Of a stretch of DNA of 64,000 nucleotides, positions 9,146-20,793 are shown one piece after another; the first letter of the stretch is position 1, and each line of letters starts with the position of its first letter. Both the position numbers and the translations under genes were made by a program. Origin of the DNA: an uncultured Candidatus Rokubacteria bacterium. Lineage in GTDB: Bacteria > Methylomirabilota > Methylomirabilia > Rokubacteriales > DASRDR01. The notes beneath the pieces are model-generated. The model made no database searches. It was not told the DNA's origin and was given only the letters and a program-made list of their open reading frames with translations. The DNA lies in assembly GCA_963708025.1 (NCBI GenBank), contig CAVPSB010000044.1, positions 81,877 to 145,876 of the forward strand. Direction: 5' to 3'.

Positions 9146-9271
9146 GCGGCGGGGCCGAGGAGCGAGCAGCGCTAGGACGCAGGGAGTCGCCCACCGCAGG
9201 CGTATGCCGCATACGCCGAGGATGGGCGACGACCGAGGACGACGCGATGCGAAGCTCATCGGCCCCGCCGC
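9146..9271. repeat. Structured intergenic repeat family 3, copy 1
   Basis: 13-bp perfect terminal IR GCGGCGGGGCCGA/TCGGCCCCGCCGC; core GACGCAGGGAGTCGCC...GGCGTA...TACGCCGAGGAT shared with 43649 and 56606. Confidence 0.9.
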
Positions 9272-12200
9272 CTACGCGAGGCTGACGGAGACCAGGCGGG
9301 ACAGCCCCGGCTCCTCCATCGTCACCCCGTACAGCACGTCCGCTGCTTCCATGGTCTTGCGGTTGTGAGTGATCACCAGGAACTGGGTCTGGCCGGACAG
9401 CTCGCGCAGGACCCGGGTGAAGCGGTGGATGTTCGCGTCGTCGAGCGGGGCGTCCACCTCGTCGAGGAGGCAGAACGGGCTCGGCCGGTAGTAGAAGATG
9501 GCGAACAGGAGGGCGAGCCCCGTCAGGGCCTTCTCCCCGCCCGAGAGCAGCGAGATCGACTGGAGCCGCTTTCCGCGCGGCTGGGCCACCATGTCGATGC
9601 CGGTCTCCAGCGGGTCCCCGTCCTCGGGGGCCTCGACCATGCGCAGCTCGGCCCGGCCGCCCTCGAAGAGCCGGCCGAAGAGCTCCTGGAAGTTCCGGTT
9701 GATCGCCTCGAACGCCGCGGCGAACCGCTCCTGGGCCGTCCGGGTCATCCCGCGCAGTGCGCGATCGAGATCCTTCATCGAGGCGGTCAGGTCGTCGTGC
9801 TGCGCCCGCAGGAACGTCAGGCGCTCGTCCAGCTCGCGGTACTCGTCGTCGGCGATCAGGTTGACCGGCTCCAGGCCCGTGATCTTCGCCGTCAGCTCAT
9901 CGATCCGAGCCCGGGTCGCCGCGACGTCGCGCTCGGGCTCGTGGGCCGCCCGGAGCCCGTCGGGCGTGACCTCGAACTGGCGGCGAGCGTCCGCCTCCAC
10001 GTCCTGCCGCCGCACCCGAACCTCGGCCGCCCGCACCGTGAGCTCACGCAGGCTCTGCGTCACCCGCGACAGCTCGGTCTCGGTCGCGCGGGCCTCCTCC
10101 CCCAGCGCGCGCAGCCGCTCGGTGAGGGTCTGGAGCTCGTCGGCCGCCAGCTGGGCGGCGGCCTGGGCCTCGTCCCGGACCCGGACCAGCTCGGCCGCAC
10201 GCGCCTCGAGCCGCACGTGCTCGGCCGCGCTCTCCCGAGCGCGCTCGCCAAGCCCACGGGCGCGGGACTCGCCCGTCGCGATCCGGGCCCGCGTGTCGGC
10301 CTCGTCGGCGCCCAGGCGCTCCAGCTCCGATTCCGCGGCGTCGATGCGGCCGGCCAGGCCGGCGAGATCCACCTGCGCCTGCAGGAAGGCCTGCGCCCGC
10401 TCGGTCTCGGCGGCGGCGTCGGTCTCGATCGCGGTCAGCAGGCGGGCGACTTCGGCCTCCGACGCGCGGGCGGCGGCCTCGATCCCCGCCAGCTCCTCTC
10501 GCTGGTCGCGGAGCTGACCCTCGACCTCCGCCACCTCGGCGGTGAGCTGGGAGGCCTCGATGCCGAGCGTCCGGGCGAACAGCTCCCCCCGCTCGGCGTC
10601 CTGGCCGACGCGTTCCAGATCCTTGGCGGCGCCCAGCCGATCGACATCCGCCGTCTCGCGTTCGCCGGCGACCCGCTTCTGCTCGACGCCGAGCGCGGCG
10701 AGCGCCGCCTCGGCGGCCTGGAGCCGCTCGAGGGCCGCCGCCAGCCGAGCCTCGAGCCCGGTCACCATCGCACGCAGATCTCGGATCGCCCGCTTGCGGG
10801 CGAGCAGCGAGGCGTCCCCAGCTCCGGTGGCCCGGCCGCCACCGACGGCCCCGGGCGGGCTGACCAACTCGCCCTCCACGGTCACGTAGCTCGTGCCGTT
10901 GCCGTTCTGACTCCAGAGGCGCTCGGCGGCGCCGAGGTCCCGGACCACCACCACGGCGCCGAGGAGGTTCTGGAGAAGCGCGGGATACGGCGAGCCGATG
11001 AGACCCGGGGCCACGCCCACCACGCCGTCGTCCTCGGGAACGTGAACCTTGGGCCCGCCGTTCAGCCAGTCGAGCGGCAGGAACGTCGCTTGCCCGCCCC
11101 CGTCGGCGCCGCCGTCCCTCAGCATCGCGAGCGCCTGCTTGGCGGTGGCGACGGTGTCCACCACGACCCACTGGAGGCGGTCGCCGAGCGCCGCCTCGGC
11201 TGCCCGCTCGAGGTCGCGCGGGACATCGAGGAGATCCGCGACGGTGCCGACGATGCCGGCCAGCCGGGCCTCACCGGCGGCGGCGAACACCGTCTGCACG
11301 CCGCGACCGTACCCCGCGCGCTGGGCCTCGAGCTCCTCGAGCGCGGCCAGGCTCGACCGCCGCGAAGCCAGGGTGACGCGACACTCCTCGGCGGCCCCCG
11401 CCGCCTTGGCGCGCTCCGCCCCGGCCGTCTCGCTGCGCGCGGCGAGGTCGTCGAGGGCAGCGTGCAGCTCCGCCGCCCGGGCAGCGGCCACCGCGAGCCG
11501 GGTCTCGGCGGCCACCCGCGCCGCTGCCAGCCGCTCCCGCTCCGCCTCCGCCCCCTGTTGCTCGGTCGCGAGGCGCGCGAGCCGCCGGCCCAGCTCCTCG
11601 CGGCGCTCCTCGCGGCCGCCGAGGGCCTGGCCCAGCTCGGTCCGCCGCCCGGCCAGCCCGACCTGGTCGCGCCGGAGGCGCTCGGCCTCCTCGCGGGCCT
11701 GGCGGAGTCGCCCCCGGATCGCCTCGATCGCCGTTTCCTCGGCCGCCGCCCCGGCCTGCACGGCGCCGAACTCCTCGCGCAGCGCGGCGGCGAGCGTTCG
11801 CTTCGCGTCCCGCTCCCCGCCGAGCGCCGTCAGGCGCCCGGCGAGCGCAGCGGCCTCGGCGGCCAGCTGTGCCAGCTCCGCGGTCACCTCCTGCTGGGCC
11901 TGGCGGAGCTGCACGGCCCGGGTCAGCGCCGTTTCCAGCTCCAGCTCGGCGCGCTCCCGGGCGTGGCGGAGGTCGCTCGCCCGGTGCTCGGCGGCCATCG
12001 CCTCGGCTCTCACGACCTCCTGCTCGGCGCCCACGGTCGCCGCCCGGGTCTCCAGCTGCGCCGCGCGATCGGTGGCTGCGGCCTCGCGCTCGGCGAGGCT
12101 GGCTTCCTCGGCGACGAGCGCCGCGTACTCCACAGCCAGGAGCGCCAGCTCGAGAGCGCGCCGCTCGGCCTGGAGCGCCTTGTACTGCTTGGCCTTTCGG

Positions 12201-12823
12201 GCCTGGCGCTCCAGCGAGGCGAGCTGTCGCTTGACCTCGTCCATCACGTCCCGCACCCGGAGGAGGTTCTGACGCGTGGCCTCGAGCTTGGCGACCGTCT
12301 CGGCTCGCTGCTGCTTGTAGCGGGTGATCCCGGCCGCTTCCTCGATGAAGATCCGGCGGTCGAGTGGGCGCGCCGTCAGGATGTGGGCGAGCCGCTCCTG
12401 TTCCATGAGCGCGTAGGCCCTGGGGTTGACGCCGGTCCCCATGAACAGGTCGTGGACGTCCTTGAGGCGACACACCGTCTTGTTGAGCAGGTACTCCGAC
12501 TCGCCGTCCCGGTAGAGGCGCCGGCCGACGGCGACCTCGCTCCACGGCACCGCCACGTCGCCGTCATTGGAGAAGGTCAGGAGCGCCTCGGCGAACCCGA
12601 GCGGGCGCCGGGAGGTCGAGCCGTGGAAGATGACGTCTTCCATCCGGTGGCCGCGCAGGGTCTTCGGGCTCTGCTCGCCGAGGGCCCACCGGAGGGCGTC
12701 CGCGATGTTGGTCTTCCCGCAGCCGTTGGGGCCGACGATGGCGGTGATACCGGGAAGGATCTTCACATCCGTCCGGTCGGCGAACGACTTGAAGCCGAAC
12801 AACGTCACCGACGTGAGCCGCAT
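9272..12823 (-). CDS. smc: Chromosome segregation protein SMC
   Basis: GFKSFAD, GPNGCGK, long coiled coils, hinge (GIVGTVADLL, ATFLPL), LSGGEK, LDEVDAPLD. Confidence 0.97.
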   Translation of the reverse strand: MRLTSVTLFGFKSFADRTDVKILPGITAIVGPNGCGKTNIADALRWALGEQSPKTLRGHRMEDVIFHGSTSRRPLGFAEALLTFSNDGDVAVPWSEVAVGRRLYRDGESEYLLNKTVCRLKDVHDLFMGTGVNPRAYALMEQERLAHILTARPLDRRIFIEEAAGITRYKQQRAETVAKLEATRQNLLRVRDVMDEVKRQLASLERQARKAKQYKALQAERRALELALLAVEYAALVAEEASLAEREAAATDRAAQLETRAATVGAEQEVVRAEAMAAEHRASDLRHARERAELELETALTRAVQLRQAQQEVTAELAQLAAEAAALAGRLTALGGERDAKRTLAAALREEFGAVQAGAAAEETAIEAIRGRLRQAREEAERLRRDQVGLAGRRTELGQALGGREERREELGRRLARLATEQQGAEAERERLAAARVAAETRLAVAAARAAELHAALDDLAARSETAGAERAKAAGAAEECRVTLASRRSSLAALEELEAQRAGYGRGVQTVFAAAGEARLAGIVGTVADLLDVPRDLERAAEAALGDRLQWVVVDTVATAKQALAMLRDGGADGGGQATFLPLDWLNGGPKVHVPEDDGVVGVAPGLIGSPYPALLQNLLGAVVVVRDLGAAERLWSQNGNGTSYVTVEGELVSPPGAVGGGRATGAGDASLLARKRAIRDLRAMVTGLEARLAAALERLQAAEAALAALGVEQKRVAGERETADVDRLGAAKDLERVGQDAERGELFARTLGIEASQLTAEVAEVEGQLRDQREELAGIEAAARASEAEVARLLTAIETDAAAETERAQAFLQAQVDLAGLAGRIDAAESELERLGADEADTRARIATGESRARGLGERARESAAEHVRLEARAAELVRVRDEAQAAAQLAADELQTLTERLRALGEEARATETELSRVTQSLRELTVRAAEVRVRRQDVEADARRQFEVTPDGLRAAHEPERDVAATRARIDELTAKITGLEPVNLIADDEYRELDERLTFLRAQHDDLTASMKDLDRALRGMTRTAQERFAAAFEAINRNFQELFGRLFEGGRAELRMVEAPEDGDPLETGIDMVAQPRGKRLQSISLLSGGEKALTGLALLFAIFYYRPSPFCLLDEVDAPLDDANIHRFTRVLRELSGQTQFLVITHNRKTMEAADVLYGVTMEEPGLSRLVSVSLA

Positions 12824-12960
12824 GACCCTGAAGTCTTAGTAGCACAGGGCCCGGGGTTCGCCAAGAAAAAAATACCATGCGTGGTCCCGGGACGGTCTCC
12901 CGGGCCCCAGATGTAGATGTTGCGTCCGGCGCCGGCCCAGGTCCCTCGCGGACCCCCAAC

Positions 12961-13755
12961 CTACCAGTCCGCGAGGCCAGCGAGCACAGCGACGGCGTTG
13001 ACCACCGCATGGCCCACCATCGCCGGGGCCAGCGAGCCGCTCCACTCCACGACGATGGCGAGGACGATCCCGACCGGCAGGATGGGGAGCCAGGCGCCGG
13101 GGTCGAGGCCGTGGACCAGCGCGAAGATCAGTGCGCTGCCGCCGATGGCGACCCCGACACCGAGTCGCGCCCGGAGCAGGCGGTAGGCGAAACCCCTGAA
13201 GAAGATCTCCTCGCCGATGGCGACCGGGAGGGTCACCGCGACCAGGACGAGCAGCACCTCCCGGACGCCGTCGGCCCGGGCCAGGACCGATTCGACCGGA
13301 TGGGGCGGAACCGGTGCCCCCGCCTGCTCGATGGCGGCGCTCACGAGCCACGCGAGGACGGCGGCGGCCAGACCGGCCCCGGCGCCGATCGGGTACCAGC
13401 GCGGAGGGACGGGGCGGATGCCGAGGCCCGCCCATGAGCCGGGAAACCGGAGGCGGCCGAACAGCAGGGCGACGCCGATCAGGATGCCGTCGTCCAGCGT
13501 CTGAAGCCGGAGGAAGGCCCACGGATCGCTCTCGGCCCGGTCGAGGATCTCGACGTCGGTCAGGTAGACGAGCCAGAGCATCCCGGCGTAGAGGGCGCCG
13601 GCGGCCGCGAGATACCAGAGGCTCGGCTCGAGGCCGTCGAAGGACGGCGCCGCCAGCGGCGCGCGTGCGGGCTCGGGAACGGGCTTGGTTAGCCCGGGAG
13701 GCTCCGGCGCGTCACCCGGCGGCAGCGCGTCGGTCTCGTCGTCGGGCACGGGCAT
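12961..13755 (-). CDS. CPBP (CAAX/Abi) family intramembrane protease
   Basis: EEIFFRG, FALVH, HAVVN motifs with multiple TM helices. Confidence 0.88.
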   Translation of the reverse strand: MPVPDDETDALPPGDAPEPPGLTKPVPEPARAPLAAPSFDGLEPSLWYLAAAGALYAGMLWLVYLTDVEILDRAESDPWAFLRLQTLDDGILIGVALLFGRLRFPGSWAGLGIRPVPPRWYPIGAGAGLAAAVLAWLVSAAIEQAGAPVPPHPVESVLARADGVREVLLVLVAVTLPVAIGEEIFFRGFAYRLLRARLGVGVAIGGSALIFALVHGLDPGAWLPILPVGIVLAIVVEWSGSLAPAMVGHAVVNAVAVLAGLADW

Positions 13756-13768
13756 TCGCCCGGGCTAC

Positions 13769-16546
<2,778 letters not shown>

Positions 16547-16624
16547 CGCGTCCACATTCTAACATCCCGTCCGGCTGGCCGGGTCCAACCGCGCGAAGCT
16601 GGCCGGTCCTCGCCGGGAAACGAC

Positions 16625-16652
16625 GACCCCCGGTGGCGTCGCACCGGGGGTC
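16625..16652 (-). terminator. Hairpin downstream of csp, probable terminator
   Basis: GACCCCCGGTG / CACCGGGGGTC 11-bp stem; only a weak U-tract follows. Confidence 0.5.
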
Positions 16653-16678
16653 TATGTCGTGGAGGGGAGAACGCGAGC

Positions 16679-16882
16679 CTAGAGCTTCATGACGCGCGTG
16701 GCCTGCAGCCCCTTCGGACCCTGGGTCACCTCGAACTCGACCTTCTGGCCCTCGGAGAGGGTCTTGAAGCCCTCGCCCTGGATCGCCGAGTAGTGAACGA
16801 AGACGTCCTCCCCGTCCTCCTGTTCGATGAACCCGTAGCCCTTGGCGTCGCTGAACCACTTGACCTTGCCCGTCTTGCCCAT
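16679..16882 (-). CDS. Cold-shock protein (CspA family)
   Basis: [39 protein letters not shown] upstream of ATG 16882. Confidence 0.96.
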   Translation of the reverse strand: MGKTGKVKWFSDAKGYGFIEQEDGEDVFVHYSAIQGEGFKTLSEGQKVEFEVTQGPKGLQATRVMKL

Positions 16883-16949
16883 CGTCTGCCTTCCCTCCCC
16901 TGTGTTGCTGGTGAACACCCGGGCGACAAACCCGGGCTAAAACGGCGCG

Positions 16950-16979
16950 ATTATAAGGAACGCCGTTTTCGAGTGTCAA
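16950..16979 (-). promoter_or_regulatory. Consensus sigma70 promoter for csp (TTGACA-18-TATAAT)
   Basis: -35 at 16974-16979 and -10 at 16950-16955, both perfect consensus. Confidence 0.85.
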
Positions 16980-17074
16980 GAAAAATACGTGGCGAGCAGA
17001 TGCGAAGAAGGTCGAAGAATCAGGGGGTTTCCCGGCCCGGATGGGGCCGAGACGGCTGGGCGGCGCCGGGCGGC

Positions 17075-18787
17075 CTACCGCCCGCGGGCCTGGTTCAGCA
17101 GCTCCATCGCGTGCTGGAGGCTCGTGTCGGTGACCGACTCGCCCCCGAGCATCCGGGCGACCTCCCGGACGCGCTCCTCCTTGCCGAGCACGCCGACCGC
17201 CGTCAGGGTCCGCTCGCCCTCCACGCGCTTCTCGGTCCGCAGGTGGTGGTCCGCGAAGCAGGCGATCTGCGGGAGATGGGTGATGCAGAGCACCTGGCGG
17301 GTGCGGCTCACCTGCCGGAGCTTGCGGCCAACCGAATCGGCGGTCTTGCCCCCGATGCCGGCATCCACCTCGTCGAAGATCAGGATGGGCACGGCGTCGG
17401 TGGCCGCCAGGATCACCTTGAGCGCGAGCATCGTCCGGGACAGCTCCCCGCCGGAGGCGATCCGGGCCAGCGCCCGCGGCTCCTCCCCCGGGTTCGGCGA
17501 GAAGAGGAACTCGGCCTGGTCGACGCCGCGGCCGGAGAGCCGCCAGCCCTCCGGGCCGACGGCGATCTCGCCCGCGCCGGCCGGCTCCCGGAGGAAGCGG
17601 ACCCGGAACACGGGCTTCTCGATACCCAGCTCGTTCAGCTCGGCGGTGACCAGGTTCTCGAGCTTGGTGGCGGCCTGCTCCCGCCGGGTCGAGAGGTCGG
17701 CCCCACGGGTCACCAGCTCGCCGCGGAGCTTTTCCATGCGCTCCCGGAGCTCCTGGCTGCGCTCGTCGCCACGACCGAGCTTCTCCAGCTCGAGGGCCAT
17801 CTGGGTGTGCGCGGCCAGGACCGCCTCGACGGTCTCGCCGTACTTGCGCTTGAGGCGGCCGATCTCGTCCAGTCGCCGCTCGATCTCGTCGAGCCGGGGC
17901 GGATCGAAGACGATCCCGTCCCGGTACGTCCGGACGCCACGTACCGCCTCGTCGAGCTGGACCGCCACGACGTCCAGCGCCTCCACGGTCGGCCCGAGCT
18001 TCCCATCGACCTTGGCCAGCTCGCGGAGGGCGGAGATGGCCTGCCCCACGCGGGCCGCCGCCGCGCTCGGGTCCTCGTAGAGGTGCTGGTACGCCGCCGT
18101 CGCCCCCTCGGCCAGGCGCTCGGCGTTCTGCAGCCGCTTGCGCTCCTCCCGCAGCGTCTCGTCCTCTCCCGGCCGCAGGCGAGCCGCGTCGATCTCGGCG
18201 ATCTGCTCCCGGTACTGGTCCAGGCGGTACGACTTGTCGCGGGACGCGGTCTCGAGCTCCGAGAGCTCCGCGGCCAGCGTCCGCCACTCCTCGTAGCGCT
18301 GCCGCAGCTTGTCCCGGAGGATGCCGAGGCCGGCGAAGGCGTCGAGCAGGTCGAGGTGACGGCTCGGGCGAAGCAGGGCCTGGGCCTCGTGCTGGCCGTG
18401 GACCTCGACCAGGGCTTCGCCGAGCTTCTCGGCCACCGCCAGGGTCGCGTTGGAGTCGTTGAGGAAGACCCGCCCACGGCCATTGCGGACCAGCTCGCGG
18501 CGCACGATGAGCTGACCCTCGTCCACCTTGAAGCCGTGAGCGTCGAGCAGGGCGGGGATCGGACTCTTCTTCGGAAGGGCGAAGATCGCCTCGATCGTCG
18601 CGGTGTCGGCGCCGGTCCGGATGGTCTCGGCCGGCTGGGCCCGCTCGCCGAGCAGGAGCGTCAGGGCGTCGATCATGATCGACTTGCCGGCGCCCGTCTC
18701 GCCCGTCAGGATGTTCAGGCCGGGCCCGAAGGGGATGGTGACGGAATCGAAGACCGCGAGGTTCCGAATCCGCAGCTCTTTCAGCAC
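17075..18787 (-). CDS. recN: DNA repair protein RecN
   Basis: TGETGAGKS, HGQHE, ASGGELSR, FDEVDAGIGG, CITHLPQIA. Confidence 0.97.
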   Translation of the reverse strand: MLKELRIRNLAVFDSVTIPFGPGLNILTGETGAGKSIMIDALTLLLGERAQPAETIRTGADTATIEAIFALPKKSPIPALLDAHGFKVDEGQLIVRRELVRNGRGRVFLNDSNATLAVAEKLGEALVEVHGQHEAQALLRPSRHLDLLDAFAGLGILRDKLRQRYEEWRTLAAELSELETASRDKSYRLDQYREQIAEIDAARLRPGEDETLREERKRLQNAERLAEGATAAYQHLYEDPSAAAARVGQAISALRELAKVDGKLGPTVEALDVVAVQLDEAVRGVRTYRDGIVFDPPRLDEIERRLDEIGRLKRKYGETVEAVLAAHTQMALELEKLGRGDERSQELRERMEKLRGELVTRGADLSTRREQAATKLENLVTAELNELGIEKPVFRVRFLREPAGAGEIAVGPEGWRLSGRGVDQAEFLFSPNPGEEPRALARIASGGELSRTMLALKVILAATDAVPILIFDEVDAGIGGKTADSVGRKLRQVSRTRQVLCITHLPQIACFADHHLRTEKRVEGERTLTAVGVLGKEERVREVARMLGGESVTDTSLQHAMELLNQARGR

Positions 18788-18818
18788 CGTCTGTTCCTCC
18801 CGCGATCCGGCGAACCCC

Positions 18819-19677
18819 TCAACGTTCGCCCCATTTTAGCTTGGTGCGCAGGACCTGGAAGTAAGATTTGTTCGGGTCCCGGATGAGACGGATCCGGGAC
18901 GTCCGCCCGCCGGGCCCGTACCGTGTCCTTCGCCGTCAACGGAAGCCCCGGCTGCCCGTCGAGCCAGAGCGTCACGTCCGGCATGTCGGTCCGGAGCCGC
19001 ACCTCGAGCCGGGCCGTGCCCGGCAGGACGATCGGCCGGTTGGTGAGGGCGTGCGACGAGATCGGCGTGAGGACGACGGCGTCCATCGTCGGAAAGAGGA
19101 TCGGGCCCGCCGCCGACAGGTTGTAGGCCGTGGAGCCGGTCGGGGTCGCGATGATCAGGCCGTCAGCGCGGTAGGCGGTCACCATCTGACCATCGACCGA
19201 GACCTCCAGGTCGATCAGGCGGCCGACGGACCCCTTGGCGATCACGACGTCGTTGAGCGCCTGGTACTCGGCGAGGACGTCGTCTCCCCGGGCGAGCGCG
19301 GCGGCGAGGACCATCCGCTCCTCCGCCGTGTACTCCCCCCGGAGCACCGTCTCCAGCGTGGGGTAGAGCGCTTCGAGGGTCGTCGCGGTGAGGAAGCCCA
19401 GCCCGCCCAGGTTCACGCCGAGGATCGGGACGTCGAGGCCGTCCACCAGGCGCGCCACCGACAGCAGGGTGCCATCCCCGCCGAGGACGACGATGAGGTC
19501 GACCTGGCCGGGGACCTCGCTCCGCTCGACCACACTGGCGCCCTCAGGCAGGAGCCCGCCCGTCTGGCGGTCGACGACGACCCGGCGGCCGCGGGCGGTG
19601 AGCCACCCGGTCAGCTCGCACACGACCGCCCGGGCGTCCGGGCGATCCACGCGGGCGATCACGCCGATGCGCTGCAA
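18819..19677 (-). CDS. nadK: NAD kinase (1-nt insertion near 18900)
   Basis: GGDGT, LNDVV, TPTGSTAYNLSAAGP. The C-terminus RIRLIRDPNKSYFQVLRTKLKWGER* is in the +1 frame. Confidence 0.93.
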
Positions 19678-19688
19678 CGCTCCGGTCC

Positions 19689-20531
19689 TCAGCGGCTCTC
19701 ACCCGTCGCCGCCAGCACGGCGGCCTCGAGCGGCTCCCGCTCGATCGGCGCCCGGCCGGGCTGGCAGTGGAGAAAGAACTCGCGGTTGCCCTTCGGGCCC
19801 CTGAGGGGCGAGGCCACGACGCCGCGCGGCCCGAGCCCGTGGGCGGCGGCGAAGCCGGCGAGGCGGAGGAGCACCTCCCGGTGCCGCTCGGCATCCCGCA
19901 CCACCCCGCCCTTCCCCACCTGGCCCCGGCCGACCTCGAACTGGGGCTTGACCAGGGCGACGAGATCGGGCGGCGTTCCAGCGGCGGGCGGTGTCAGGCA
20001 GGCGGCCACGGCCGGAAGCACCTTCTCGAGGGAGATGAACGAGACGTCGATGGTCGCAAGGCTCACCGGCTCGACGAAGGCGGTCGGCGCCAGGTCCCGG
20101 GCATGGCAGCCCTCGAGCACCGTGACCCGAGGGTCGGACCGGAGCCGCGGGTGAAGCTGGCCGTGCCCCACGTCCACCGCGTAGACATGCCGGGCCCCGT
20201 GCTGGAGCAGGCAGTCGGTGAAGCCGCCGGTCGAGGCGCCGACGTCCAGGCAGACCCGATCGCGCGGAGAGACGGCCTGGGCCGCCAGCGCGGCCTCGAG
20301 CTTCTCCCCACCGCGGCCGACGTAGCGGCGGCCGGCCTCGATCTCGACGGCGGCGTCGGCCCGGACCGGGCGCCCGGCCTTGTCGGCCCGCTCCCCCCCG
20401 AGCCGGACCCGCCCGGCCAGGATGAGCCGGGCCGCCTCCGCGCGGGTCGCCGCGAGGCCCCGGGCGACCACCAATTCGTCCAGCCGCACCCTCGGCGACT
20501 TCGAGGTAGACGCGGCGTGATTCCCGCTCAC
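19689..20531 (-). CDS. tlyA: TlyA family rRNA 2'-O-methyltransferase
   Basis: RLDELVV S4 domain, YVGRGGEKL, DVGASTGGFTD, DVSFISL, KPQFE, GNREF. Confidence 0.95.
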   Translation of the reverse strand: MSGNHAASTSKSPRVRLDELVVARGLAATRAEAARLILAGRVRLGGERADKAGRPVRADAAVEIEAGRRYVGRGGEKLEAALAAQAVSPRDRVCLDVGASTGGFTDCLLQHGARHVYAVDVGHGQLHPRLRSDPRVTVLEGCHARDLAPTAFVEPVSLATIDVSFISLEKVLPAVAACLTPPAAGTPPDLVALVKPQFEVGRGQVGKGGVVRDAERHREVLLRLAGFAAAHGLGPRGVVASPLRGPKGNREFFLHCQPGRAPIEREPLEAAVLAATGESR

Positions 20532-20553
20532 CGGTGCCGGTCTCCGGTGTCCT

Positions 20554-20790
20554 CGTCCCGGGCCGCGGCCCGGGCCCCGCCCGTAGGCCGAAGGCCGTCC
20601 GAAGGACGCTGCGACGAGGCGGGCCGAGGCGTGGGCCGCGATCGACCACCTGCTCGCGACGTCTCGGGGCAGCGGCCCTCGCGACGTCGCTCACCTGTGG
20701 GAGACCCGCCGACGGCCCCACAGGCCGGGACGTCCGCGGCCCGGCCGAGATGAACGGACGACGCGGGGCGACGGGCCCCGGCCCGGGACG
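20554..20790. repeat. Divergent relative of repeat family 3
   Basis: 12-bp terminal IR CGTCCCGGGCCG/CGGCCCGGGACG; contains the GGCCGAAGGCCGTCC module and GCCGAGATGAA / AGGCCGGGACG blocks shared with 56606-56829. Confidence 0.65.
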
Positions 20791-20793
20791 CGC

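Noticed and set aside
18890-18910. Frameshift in nadK as pseudogene or recoding
   Set aside because: Essential gene, single extra base, intact downstream frame and no slippery signal. Same pattern as other indels, so likely a sequencing error.
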